Virus record (IMG/VR): IMGVR_UViG_3300009008_000010
Span: 1-64,000 of that record
Length of the DNA stretch: 64,000 nucleotides
Direction: 5' to 3' (one strand)
Origin: a virus
Shown here piece after piece: positions 9,425-18,414 of this stretch. Every line of letters starts with the position of its first letter. Position 1 is the stretch's first letter. The notes beneath the pieces were generated by a model. That model saw nothing but the letters and a program-made list of their open reading frames with translations. It was not told where the DNA came from and ran no database searches. A program made the translations under genes and the position numbers.

Positions 9425-10483
9425 ATGAAGGATCACAAAAAACTAATCATAATAGGCTTGGCCTTTTTACTAGCTTTTATAGTATTTGACAGCAAAAACA
9501 AGAGGCGTCAAAACACGCTACCCGTCCAGCCTCAACAGGTTCTTCCCCCGCAGCAGCCTCAACAGCCGCCGCCTCCTCCACCTGAGCCTGAAATTCCCGA
9601 TATATCCAATCCTGTGCCCAGCTATCAGGATTACTCTGATATTATAACACAAATAAAAGAATGGCAGCAGGAAGCTCCTGATTTGGTGTATGAGGTTGGC
9701 GTATATGGAAAAACTACTAGAGGCAACAGTCTTTGGTTTATGAGGATGGGGAATAAATACAGAGAAAGTAAATTAAAAGTTCTTCTGTTCGCTGCTATTC
9801 ATGGCAATGAATCAATTGGCACAAGCACTATGATGGCTTTCTGTGGCACTTTGCTTTCTAAATATGGCAAAGATAACAAGGTTACAGAATTATTAAATAC
9901 AAGAGAAATAGTGTTAGTTCCTGTAGTTTCTCCTGATACCTACCCACATACTCGTTGGGTAGATGGGGTAGATCCAAATAGGAACTTCCCATCAAAGCGA
10001 AGTCTTCAAGTTAATTCTGTGCCTCCTGTTAGAGCTTTAATGGAGCTTCATAAAAAAGAGAACTTCAAGGCTGTGTTGTGCGGTCATTCGTCAGGCAGGT
10101 GGTGGTTATATCCTTGGTCGGAAATTAAAGAGGAGACCCCAAATCACAATAAATATAACGATTTGTTGGATAGAATGACGGCAAGTGGGGCTAGAGGCTA
10201 TAAGAAAAAGCAATCTGCATATTTTTATCCTGGTCAGACGATAGTTGGCGGTGCGTGTGATTGGTTCTATAGAAATGGCTGTGTTGCTATGACTCCTGAG
10301 TTTGGAACACACCAAAGAAAATCTTCAGACGAAGAAATAAGGACTGAATTGGGATTAGTATATGATGCTTTCGTAATTTATATTACAGAAGCACCTACTT
10401 GGGATGTTCCTCAAATAGATCCAGAATACCACAATGCGGTTCATTTAAAACCATACACTCCTTATGATCCTATTCGAGAATGA
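9425..10483 (+). CDS. Membrane-anchored M14 zinc carboxypeptidase
   Basis: TM helix, Pro/Gln linker, HGNE, DPNRNF, GHS and terminal EFG catalytic Glu; ATAAATA at 9412. Confidence 0.88.
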   Translation: MKDHKKLIIIGLAFLLAFIVFDSKNKRRQNTLPVQPQQVLPPQQPQQPPPPPPEPEIPDISNPVPSYQDYSDIITQIKEWQQEAPDLVYEVGVYGKTTRGNSLWFMRMGNKYRESKLKVLLFAAIHGNESIGTSTMMAFCGTLLSKYGKDNKVTELLNTREIVLVPVVSPDTYPHTRWVDGVDPNRNFPSKRSLQVNSVPPVRALMELHKKENFKAVLCGHSSGRWWLYPWSEIKEETPNHNKYNDLLDRMTASGARGYKKKQSAYFYPGQTIVGGACDWFYRNGCVAMTPEFGTHQRKSSDEEIRTELGLVYDAFVIYITEAPTWDVPQIDPEYHNAVHLKPYTPYDPIRE

Positions 10484-10484
10484 T

Positions 10485-11081
10485 TCATAAGTGCATTTTA
10501 TCAAAGTTTCTGAGAGTGTGGTATCGGCTAAGATTTGCGAACTTCTTGTGTCTTAGTGAAAGTTGTAATCGTCGGTAGTGTTTTGTGTTTCCATTTTTGA
10601 GTTTAAGCGAATTTAAGTTTTCTAGTATAGGCAAATCAAAGTAGTTTAAGATTAGGTTTACATAAATTAAATTATATGTCAAAAGAGATTCATAAGATAC
10701 ATCCATGTAATTTAGATTGAGTTGAGCAATTCCACCATAAATCATCTTGTATGCTCTTTGAATGTTTTTTATTCTAAATATGTTGCCTGCACTATTGCAA
10801 AACCAATCTCTTTTGGTCACGGCCACTCTAATATCATTGAATCCACCCTTTTTTGCTCCATCTACTAGCTTAGGAATGGGTGCCCACCATTTTCCATGAG
10901 GGTAACTTAATCGCAATATAGCTAAATTAATGCCTTTTGTAGCCGTTGGGGAGTTATACATTTTAAGCATTCTTTGGAAATTATCTCCATCTCCAAAGCA
11001 CCCTGCTTGCAGAAACACTCTTGCCCAAAGGCGAGTGCAGCTTGTTTCTGGGCCAAGCACCAAAATTAGCCTTTTAGCCAT
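10485..11081 (-). CDS. Sulfotransferase-like (P-loop) protein
   Basis: LVLGPETSCTR resembles a PAPS-binding loop; VSYESL motif. Confidence 0.5.
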   Translation of the reverse strand: MAKRLILVLGPETSCTRLWARVFLQAGCFGDGDNFQRMLKMYNSPTATKGINLAILRLSYPHGKWWAPIPKLVDGAKKGGFNDIRVAVTKRDWFCNSAGNIFRIKNIQRAYKMIYGGIAQLNLNYMDVSYESLLTYNLIYVNLILNYFDLPILENLNSLKLKNGNTKHYRRLQLSLRHKKFANLSRYHTLRNFDKMHL

Positions 11082-11082
11082 G

Positions 11083-11769
11083 CTACCCTCTGATTAATCG
11101 TTTGACCTTTTTTTCTAATTTATTGATGCCGACCTCGGTTATAACTACAAATTTCCAACCTCTGATGTGACAATAATCTTCGGCGGCATGGAATTTAGCC
11201 TCGTTTTTTGGACTGCTAGTTTGGCTGGCTGGCTTCACTTCCCAGACTTCTGTATGGCCATCTGCCATAGCTATTTTTAAATCTGGTAAGTAAATGTGTC
11301 TTTCCCCATCGAGGTAGTATGGGATTTCTTCGGTTTCTGTGTCATAAAGCAATATGTCTGGCAAGACTTCAAGGCACTCGTATACTTTTCTTTCATAGCC
11401 AGATCGGTATCTTACTTCTTTCCCTTTCATCATGGGCTTATTGGATACTAAAATACCCTGCATGAATTTGGGTTTTCTGGTGACAATTTTCTTTTTGCCT
11501 TTAGCTACTTTTTGATCTCGCCACACGGTAGCCTTGAATTGAATCCCTCCAGGTATTTTTTCATTTCTGTGCTTGGTTTTAAAATGTGCTCTCAAATCAC
11601 GCACGGGTGCTCCACATCTTTTTAGTGGGCAAAGCACGTAATCTCTGCTTTCTTCGTGTTTTTCTACTATGTGTTCTTTGTATGCTTTGTAGTCATTGAA
11701 TTCTTGCCCACACACGAAACACTGCCATCTTCTTTTATATTTATCAGGCAGATCGAAGGGTAGTGTCAT
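11083..11769 (-). CDS. TnsA-like/T4 gp4-like head-completion endonuclease with N-terminal C2H2 zinc fingers
   Basis: YRSGYE, YLPD, EVKP, KFHAA...GWKFVVITE PD-(D/E)xK pattern; CxxC-x12-HxxxxH fingers. Confidence 0.75.
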   Translation of the reverse strand: MTLPFDLPDKYKRRWQCFVCGQEFNDYKAYKEHIVEKHEESRDYVLCPLKRCGAPVRDLRAHFKTKHRNEKIPGGIQFKATVWRDQKVAKGKKKIVTRKPKFMQGILVSNKPMMKGKEVRYRSGYERKVYECLEVLPDILLYDTETEEIPYYLDGERHIYLPDLKIAMADGHTEVWEVKPASQTSSPKNEAKFHAAEDYCHIRGWKFVVITEVGINKLEKKVKRLIRG

Positions 11770-12203
11770 TCTTTGTCTCCTTGGAGAGTGATTGTTCCAG
11801 GTGGTGTATCGTCTTCTTTTTCTGGTTCTATTGGTTTTGCACTTTTAGTTTTCTTAGCCAGTATATTCTTGACATCTTCTTGATCTAGAATTTTGATTTT
11901 ATCTAAGTCTTTTGTAGAGAACATATTGTGGACTTTTGCTCCTTGGAGAGCCTTGGTTAAGTTAATTCCCATGAAATTAGCTTCTTTTTTCCACTCTTCA
12001 TCTTCATCATCCCCTTTCATTTTGGCAAAAACGAGGCGACCTTCCTCGGTAGCTCCATACACTTCTTTGCCTTTTTTAAAGAACATGACAAATGGCTGAC
12101 CATTCAAAAGCAGGTCAATTTTGTTCTCTTCTTCTTCTTCTACTAAATATTGGTCCCAAGTGTCGATTAGGGATCTGAATTTGGAGAATCCTAGTGATTT
12201 CAT
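11766..12203 (-). CDS. Hypothetical late protein
   Basis: GAGG SD; ATATATA upstream. Confidence 0.7.
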   Translation of the reverse strand: MKSLGFSKFRSLIDTWDQYLVEEEEENKIDLLLNGQPFVMFFKKGKEVYGATEEGRLVFAKMKGDDEDEEWKKEANFMGINLTKALQGAKVHNMFSTKDLDKIKILDQEDVKNILAKKTKSAKPIEPEKEDDTPPGTITLQGDKE

Positions 12204-12233
12204 AATTTCTACCTCTTAATAGTATATATCTCT

Positions 12234-12668
12234 ATGATTAAAACATTTCGTCAATGGCTTGAAGGTCAAGCACCACCAAATCCCGATGGTATCACGGGAG
12301 GCACCGAGAGTCAGGTGGGTGCTGGCCCTGCTGCTTGGAAAGGCCAAGCATTTCCTTTTACTGGAGAATTAAAAGGAAAGCAGTATAATCAAGTATGGTT
12401 TACCATAGCTGATATGGATGATGATGAAGATCCACAGACGATTACGCTAGATATATTTAGCGATAGCCCCAGTTTGACTCAACGGGTGTCTTTCGTAAAC
12501 CAAAAACAAGATGGCGATAAATTTGCAGCCGAACCAGACCAGGGACAAATTACAGTCACCAGAGCAGAATTGGATGAAATAATAGGAGGACCGTGGCGAA
12601 CAGCAATGGCCCCTCCAAATCCAATGGGCGGTGGCGGATTACCTGGAGGAGCACCAGGAGGATTATAA
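12234..12668 (+). CDS. Hypothetical protein, putative internal head protein
   Basis: N-terminus MIKTFRQWLE resembles the T4 capsid-targeting sequence. Confidence 0.65.
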   Translation: MIKTFRQWLEGQAPPNPDGITGGTESQVGAGPAAWKGQAFPFTGELKGKQYNQVWFTIADMDDDEDPQTITLDIFSDSPSLTQRVSFVNQKQDGDKFAAEPDQGQITVTRAELDEIIGGPWRTAMAPPNPMGGGGLPGGAPGGL

Positions 12669-12669
12669 A

Positions 12670-13002
12670 ATGAAATTTTGTGACATGAACGATTTAATTA
12701 CTGAATCTAAAAAAACAAAAAAAGAAAAAAAAGAGGCCCCAAAAGAGTTTCCATTTTTTAAAAAAGAGGCTCCAGAAGACAAGTCGCCTGATAAGGACGG
12801 TAAGGAAGAACCTAAAGACGACAAAAAAGAGGCGGTGGCTTATCCCACATTTACTGAGTGGATGAAGTTAAAAGAAACAACGACATCTACTGCTTGTGTT
12901 GCTGGCTTTGCTCGTCCTGTCGGAATTGGCACTCCAGGCCCAGATGATGACAAAAAGAAAAAAAATGAAAAAGGGAGTGTGATAAGAAGGAATTTCCCTT
13001 GA
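12670..13002 (+). CDS. Charged low-complexity hypothetical protein
   Basis: AGGAGG SD before ATG 12670; internal TFTEWMKLKE motif. Confidence 0.65.
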   Translation: MKFCDMNDLITESKKTKKEKKEAPKEFPFFKKEAPEDKSPDKDGKEEPKDDKKEAVAYPTFTEWMKLKETTTSTACVAGFARPVGIGTPGPDDDKKKKNEKGSVIRRNFP

Positions 13003-13027
13003 CAATTTATCCCTAGAAGACTACTAT
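12999..13027 (+). promoter_or_regulatory. Sigma70-type promoter
   Basis: TTGACA-17 bp-TACTAT. Confidence 0.75.
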
Positions 13028-13032
13028 ATTTA

Positions 13033-13208
13033 ATAAGGTGCTACAACACCTGTGGCTGCAATTAGCCAAACAAAGTTCGCGTCTAATTTAAATTTGCTAC
13101 GATTTTCATATGACGATGATTTTTGGATAATAATAACGGCTTTTGAGATGGGAAATTGCGAACACTAATAATTGCAGGCCCACCTTCGATAGGAAGGTGG
13201 GCTTTTTT
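13033..13208 (+). ncRNA. Putative ~175-nt structured ncRNA (6S-like candidate)
   Basis: Bounded by the promoter and a terminator; no meaningful ORF; long-range pairings CTGCAATTA/TAATTGCAG and GTTCGC/GCGAAC. Confidence 0.55.
13178..13208 (+). terminator. Intrinsic terminator
   Basis: GCCCACCTTC-GATAG-GAAGGTGGGC-T6, a perfect 10-bp stem. Confidence 0.9.
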
Positions 13209-13242
13209 TGTGTCTATACTAGATTAGAACAAGGAGATTGAA

Positions 13243-13671
13243 ATGCAAATAGAGCTAAGGACGGAAAAACAAGAGTATATTGATGAGGATTTCAAAGATC
13301 ATTTGAAGGAATGCAAAGATTGTTTCCCTGAGTGTGAGACTAGGTTCGGTCCTGGTAGTTATGGGTTTTTTGAACTTTTAGATCGCTCAATGCAGGCTTA
13401 TGAGTATTTTGAACATTATGTATTAGGAAGCTGCGCTACATCAGTAGATAAAGAGATTTATGAGAAAGCTCATAAAATAGCTCAGGCGTTGTATGACTTT
13501 TATCAATTTGTTGCCTTGAAGGATTTCGATGCAGAAGATAAAGAAAAACACCGTCAAGTAGGCGAGTTTTTCGATTGGGCAACTAAAAAAATCAAAACGG
13601 ATGGCAAACCAGTGGATTTGGAGGCTTTAATGAAAGAATGGGAGAAGGAGCACAACGTAGGACAATTTTAA
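13243..13671 (+). CDS. Hypothetical protein
   Basis: AAGGAG SD; 142 aa. Confidence 0.75.
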   Translation: MQIELRTEKQEYIDEDFKDHLKECKDCFPECETRFGPGSYGFFELLDRSMQAYEYFEHYVLGSCATSVDKEIYEKAHKIAQALYDFYQFVALKDFDAEDKEKHRQVGEFFDWATKKIKTDGKPVDLEALMKEWEKEHNVGQF

Positions 13672-13672
13672 T

Positions 13673-14005
13673 ATGATAGAAATTGGTGGATACGGGTATG
13701 AATTTGAAACCGAGCATTATGGTGGCCCGTTTGATGGTTCAAAAGATACAGTGGTATCATTTAATGAACTTCCGCCCCGTTATCAGGTTTTGCCTGTAGG
13801 CGAAACAATAAATGATAATAAGAAGTTGGGGCAGAAATTAATGGAGGCGTGGAGACAAAAACACTTGCCTGATGATACATGGGTAGCCGTTTATAAAATA
13901 GAAGGCAGACCAGAAGAATATGATAATGAACAGGTGGTTCCTTATCACTATGTCAAAACCATGTGTCATAAGGAATATAAGGAAGAATACAGGGAGGAAG
14001 AGTGA
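13673..14005 (+). CDS. Hypothetical protein
   Basis: Tightly coupled to the previous ORF; GGPFDG motif. Confidence 0.7.
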   Translation: MIEIGGYGYEFETEHYGGPFDGSKDTVVSFNELPPRYQVLPVGETINDNKKLGQKLMEAWRQKHLPDDTWVAVYKIEGRPEEYDNEQVVPYHYVKTMCHKEYKEEYREEE

Positions 14006-14172
14006 TCCCACTAGAGAGCGGACAGCCTCCAAACAACATTGCGATTGCAACTGGATGTTGTGATGATGATGATTATATCAAGCAATTAGGCGATGATATA
14101 GCCAAATTAGATACGAACCAATCCAAGGAATTATATGATTACCTCAGATTACATATTGGAACCCTACGATGA
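14002..14172 (+). CDS. 56-aa mini-protein resembling the ribosomal bL12 (L7/L12) N-terminal domain
   Basis: GTG start overlapping the previous stop (GTGA), GGGAGG SD; sequence IKQLGDDIAKLDTNQSKELYDYL. Confidence 0.55.
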   Translation: MIPLESGQPPNNIAIATGCCDDDDYIKQLGDDIAKLDTNQSKELYDYLRLHIGTLR

Positions 14173-15043
14173 TGCCCTTACTCAAATATTGAGGAAGGGC
14201 GATCTTAAAAAAAATAGGACGGGAGTGGATACCATTTCTATTTTCTGTATGCAGTCTCGTTATAGAATAGATGAATACTTTCCCTTGCTTACTCGTCGTT
14301 CTATAAGACCTCAATCTCTTTTCGCTGAACTATTGTGGTTTATCAGTGGAAACACCAACAACAATAAACTCAAAGAGCTAGGTTGTAATTTCTGGACTCC
14401 TTGGGTAGATGAAGAGTTTGAGGAAAAACATAAATTTGTTCCTGGGTCATTTGGCCCGCTCTATGGTTTCCAGTTGAGACATTTTAATGGGATTTATCAT
14501 AATGGGGATCAAAATTGTTTTAGGAGAGACCATTATGGGTCTGAGCCAGACAATTACTGTTATGGTGAGGGTGGTTTTGACCAACTGGCTTATGTTTTAG
14601 AACAATTAAAAACCAACCCTGATTCTCGTCGCATATTGTGGAATTTGTGGAATCCTAAACAGTTAGATAAAATGCGGTTGCCTCCCTGTCATTATGGGTT
14701 TCAGTTTTATACTTACGAAAATAAATTAAGCGGCGTCCTAACACAACGCAGTTGTGATTTCCCAGTTGGCGTTCCTTTCAATATCGCTTTTTACAGTGCT
14801 TTAATCTATATGGTGGCTCAACAAACAGGTTTTGAGCCTTATGAGTTTATCCATTGGACAGCCGATAGTCACATCTATGTAGATCAAATTCCGGCAGTGG
14901 AAGATTATCTCGCACGAGATAAACCGGGTTCACCTAAATTAAATCTGAGAAAAGCAGAAGATATTGACTCATACAAAGTTGAAGATTTTCAACTAGAGAT
15001 GTATAATCCCCTTTCGCATATTAAAATTCCGGTAGCTGTATGA
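14135..15043 (+). CDS. thyA: Thymidylate synthase
   Basis: NRTGVDT, ELLWFISG, PDSRR, LPPCH catalytic Cys, QRSCD, PFN, HIY. Confidence 0.95.
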   Translation: MITSDYILEPYDDALTQILRKGDLKKNRTGVDTISIFCMQSRYRIDEYFPLLTRRSIRPQSLFAELLWFISGNTNNNKLKELGCNFWTPWVDEEFEEKHKFVPGSFGPLYGFQLRHFNGIYHNGDQNCFRRDHYGSEPDNYCYGEGGFDQLAYVLEQLKTNPDSRRILWNLWNPKQLDKMRLPPCHYGFQFYTYENKLSGVLTQRSCDFPVGVPFNIAFYSALIYMVAQQTGFEPYEFIHWTADSHIYVDQIPAVEDYLARDKPGSPKLNLRKAEDIDSYKVEDFQLEMYNPLSHIKIPVAV

Positions 15044-15366
15044 GTTTTTATCTTTTTTGGGTTCCTGCTGTATTAATCATGTATGCTGTAACTGCTGTCT
15101 TTTCTAAGTGGGCAAATGACAGCACTGGTTGGACGTGGGTGTTTGGCTTGTATGTTCTTCAGTGTGCAGGTCTTTGGCCATTGGTTTCCAAGTATTCTAA
15201 GAACATTGTTTTTGATGGCCTTTTATATGAAGTGATTATGTTTGTAGGTTTTTATGGTGTTTTGTGTATAATGGGTGCAACAAAGAACTTTACATTTTAT
15301 CAGTATTGTGGTATGATTCTCGTAATTACTGGGATGATTTTAGTTAAAGTCACAGGAACACACTAA
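15040..15366 (+). CDS. Small 4-TM membrane protein (SMR/EamA-like)
   Basis: Four hydrophobic helices ending GMILVITGMILV. Confidence 0.6.
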   Translation: MSFYLFWVPAVLIMYAVTAVFSKWANDSTGWTWVFGLYVLQCAGLWPLVSKYSKNIVFDGLLYEVIMFVGFYGVLCIMGATKNFTFYQYCGMILVITGMILVKVTGTH

Positions 15367-15863
15367 TGATCACTATAATTGCAGCCGTAGATGATAACGG
15401 AATCATAGGCCAGAATGGGGACATTCCTTGGCGCATTCCAGAAGAACTGGAACATTTCAAAAAGACCACGTTGGGTCACGTAGTAATTATGGGGCGAAAG
15501 ACGTGGGACAGTTTACCAGATGGATTTAAACCTTTACCAGAAAGGTTTAATTTGATAGTATCTGGTAGCGATCATGTTGACACTGGCACTGAGAACACGG
15601 TGTTTTTTGATAGCTTAGAGTCGGCTATTCAATTTGCTGAATCTAATTGTCAGAGTTCTTTTGTGATAGGTGGAGCCAGCATTTATCGTCAAGTGCTAGA
15701 CAAAGGCTTGGCTGATCGCATATTAATGAGTAAGGTAAAAGGGGAACATGAGGGGGATGTGTATTTCCCCTTAATGACCGGCTGTTGGCAAGGAAACTTA
15801 ACAGAAGAGCATGATCAGTTTGATGTCTGGGAATACAATAAAATACACGAAGACGACGATTAA
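15366..15863 (+). CDS. folA: Dihydrofolate reductase
   Basis: IGQNGDIPW, MGRKTWDSL, PLPER, VIGGASIY, GDVYFP. Confidence 0.95.
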   Translation: MITIIAAVDDNGIIGQNGDIPWRIPEELEHFKKTTLGHVVIMGRKTWDSLPDGFKPLPERFNLIVSGSDHVDTGTENTVFFDSLESAIQFAESNCQSSFVIGGASIYRQVLDKGLADRILMSKVKGEHEGDVYFPLMTGCWQGNLTEEHDQFDVWEYNKIHEDDD

Positions 15864-16293
15864 TTTAATGATCGCTTCGTTGATTGAGAATATAAAATCA
15901 TCGGGAAAGCAGTATAGCTGTGTAGTAGGCATCAGGGAAGGTGGGATAAACGTGAGTGTTCCGGTCGCGCGTGCGTTATGCCTGCCGCATCATTCGGTCC
16001 ATATTAGTTTTTATGATCGTCAGAATGCGGTAGGAGGGTTGGTGTCTAGCGATGGTTTTATTTGGCAGCAAAACTGTCTTGTTGTGGATGATTTGATTGA
16101 TGGGGGCAAGACGATTGAGTGTTTTAAATCTAATTTTGGTGAAGCAGACGTAGCGGTTTTATTCTGGCATGAGACGTGTCATGTGATTCCAGAATACTAC
16201 GTTCATGTTAAGCCGCCATCCTGGGTGGTTTTCCCTTGGGAGATAGAAGAATGTCCGAATGGCAATTTGAAGGTTTCGAGCGTCCCAAATTAA
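15811..16293 (+). CDS. Purine phosphoribosyltransferase-like protein
   Basis: GIREGG, LVVDDLIDGGKT PRPP-binding loop, WVVFPWE as in Gpt. Confidence 0.85.
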   Translation: MISLMSGNTIKYTKTTINLMIASLIENIKSSGKQYSCVVGIREGGINVSVPVARALCLPHHSVHISFYDRQNAVGGLVSSDGFIWQQNCLVVDDLIDGGKTIECFKSNFGEADVAVLFWHETCHVIPEYYVHVKPPSWVVFPWEIEECPNGNLKVSSVPN

Positions 16294-16623
16294 ATCTTGA
16301 GGACATTGATAAAGTTCTCCACATGATTCGGGCACGCATTAGTCATCATTTTGAAAAGTATGGTGATGGTGTCTTTAGGTAATGATCGAACCAATATACT
16401 TGAGGTCAATGCCGGTAAGGGTATATCTACCATATTTGATTGTGGTTGTTCGTCCGCAGGATTCCCAGTGCCCATACCAGAAGAACCGTATAGATTTCAA
16501 TTAAAAGGCATTGCTGCTTTTCCATTATTCGTGGATAGTCTTCTTTCTGATGATGCCTTGGTGATTATGTTAAAAGACGGGTTAGCCCATAATTTGGTGA
16601 TTAGAAATGCAAATTATAAATGA
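16251..16623 (+). CDS. Hypothetical protein split over two frames (43-aa ORF 16251-16382 plus +1-frame ORF to 16623)
   Basis: GGAG SD before ATG 16251; stop at TTT-AGG-TAA while the +1 frame stays open to 16623. Confidence 0.45.
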
Positions 16624-17857
16624 TGTTAAATTAGACTTTAGTGACGTTTTGATACGTCCTAAGAGATCAAAAACAGTAAGTCGTTCTAGGGTTGATTTAA
16701 CCCGTGAATATCAGTTTCTCAATTGCGATAATCCTTCTGAAGAGCTTCCAACTTGGGAAGGTGTCCCAATTGTTGCAGCAAATATGGATTCGGTAGGAAC
16801 ATTTAGAATGGCTGAGTCATTATCCAAGCATGGGATGATGACTTGTCTTCATAAACACTACAGTATCGAACAACTAATTGCATTTTATTCTAGGTCGGAT
16901 CAGGTTTGTAGTAAATTGATGCATTCAGAGCCGCCAGGAGGGCCAGATTATGAGATTGGCCCTGAAGGTGTGCCGGAAGAAGACATAGAATTTGCGAAAG
17001 AATGTTATCGCGCCTATGTTGCCGATCATACTTTCTACACAATGGGGATTAAAGAAGATGATTTAATGAAGCTGAAAAAAGTGATAGGCATACAAAACTC
17101 AGAGCTTTTTCAGATTCCAGGTGCAAAAACAAAAATTAGGCACGTCTGCATGGATGTTGCAAATGGGTATCAAGACTACTTTGTAGACTGTGTGAGAAGA
17201 CTCAGAGATGAGGTGGGTGAAGATGTGGTAATTATGGCTGGTAATGTAGCTACACCTGAAATGGTTCAGGAGCTTCTAATTACTGGGGCAGCAGACATTG
17301 TAAAGGTTGGGATTGGTCCTGGTTCTGTTTGCACTACTAGAACCACTACAGGCGTGGGTTTTCCTCAGTTAAGTGCAGTTATTGAATGTGCAGACGCCGC
17401 ACACGGTTGCGATGGTCATATCTGTGCAGATGGAGGCTGCGTAACCCCTGGTGATGTGTGTAAAGCGTTCGGGGCCGGGGCAGATTTTGTAATGTTGGGC
17501 GGGATGCTGAGTGGAACGGACGAGTGTGATGGTGAATGGACTTATTGGGAAGATTACGGTTCATGTAGTGGAACCACTGAATCTGGTGAGAGAAAAAAGA
17601 AAGCCTTTGTGTTTTATGGTATGAGTTCTAAAGAAGCTCAATTGAAACATGACGGAGAATTTAAGAGATACAGAGCGGCGGAAGGGAAAAAGACATTTAT
17701 TCCTTATAAAGGCCCTGTAGATCGTGTTATACAAGAAGTTTTAGGGGGGTTAAGGTCGGCTTGTGCTTATGTGGGCACGGATGATCTTAAAAATTTATCT
17801 AAATGCACTACTTTTGTAAGAGTCAATAGAACTCACAACCGAACTTACGGAGAATAA
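16607..17857 (+). CDS. guaC: GMP reductase
   Basis: LDFSDVLIRPKRS, AANMD, DVANGY, KVGIGPGSVCTTR, ADGG, FYGMSS, AEGK. Confidence 0.93.
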   Translation: MQIINDVKLDFSDVLIRPKRSKTVSRSRVDLTREYQFLNCDNPSEELPTWEGVPIVAANMDSVGTFRMAESLSKHGMMTCLHKHYSIEQLIAFYSRSDQVCSKLMHSEPPGGPDYEIGPEGVPEEDIEFAKECYRAYVADHTFYTMGIKEDDLMKLKKVIGIQNSELFQIPGAKTKIRHVCMDVANGYQDYFVDCVRRLRDEVGEDVVIMAGNVATPEMVQELLITGAADIVKVGIGPGSVCTTRTTTGVGFPQLSAVIECADAAHGCDGHICADGGCVTPGDVCKAFGAGADFVMLGGMLSGTDECDGEWTYWEDYGSCSGTTESGERKKKAFVFYGMSSKEAQLKHDGEFKRYRAAEGKKTFIPYKGPVDRVIQEVLGGLRSACAYVGTDDLKNLSKCTTFVRVNRTHNRTYGE

Positions 17858-17858
17858 A

Positions 17859-18158
17859 ATGGATATTAAGTATGTAAAACTTTTGACAGGTGAAGATTTG
17901 GTTTCTGAAGTTGTCGATAGTAGTGGTGAATCTTTTAAATTGAAGAATCCAGTTAGATTGATTGTGACCCAAGAAGGCTTGGGGATGGGTCCACTTACTC
18001 CTTTTTCAAAAGGGGTAGAAGTGGAAATTAGAAAAGAACATGTTATTTTTGTTGATGATCCTGAAGAAGAGATAAGGAATGCATACAACAGTCAGTTTGG
18101 CAGTGGTATAGTGACTGCCGGGGCTGGTGCGCTGCATGGTATTGACATTGTGAGTTAA
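17859..18158 (+). CDS. Conserved T4-like phage protein (Sm-like fold)
   Basis: KLLTGEDLV...LKNP...YNSQFGSGIV pattern common in T4-like myoviruses. Confidence 0.55.
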   Translation: MDIKYVKLLTGEDLVSEVVDSSGESFKLKNPVRLIVTQEGLGMGPLTPFSKGVEVEIRKEHVIFVDDPEEEIRNAYNSQFGSGIVTAGAGALHGIDIVS

Positions 18159-18159
18159 A

Positions 18160-18414
18160 ATGTTGACCTATGTTACGCTTGAAGAACTTAGAGGAAGATT
18201 ATATCATTATGCTGCTCAACCCGGCAGGCCGGTAATAATAGAAGCGGGGCCGGGGAACTTTTCTCAAGTAGCATTTGCTTTGGAGGAAGGTGAGCGGTAT
18301 AAGTTGTTTAAGATTTATACAGGAGGGGGAAAGTATTCTGAAGTGCGAGATATGATTACCCTTGTTGTAGAGAATTTAGGTGGAACAGTGGAAGAATGGT
18401 GGAAAAATGAGTGA
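18160..18414 (+). CDS. Hypothetical protein
   Basis: Contiguous with flanking ORFs. Confidence 0.65.
   Translation: MLTYVTLEELRGRLYHYAAQPGRPVIIEAGPGNFSQVAFALEEGERYKLFKIYTGGGKYSEVRDMITLVVENLGGTVEEWWKNE

Noticed and set aside
11083-11769. Tn7-like transposon
   Set aside because: Only a TnsA-like domain is present; no TnsB/C/D or terminal repeats.
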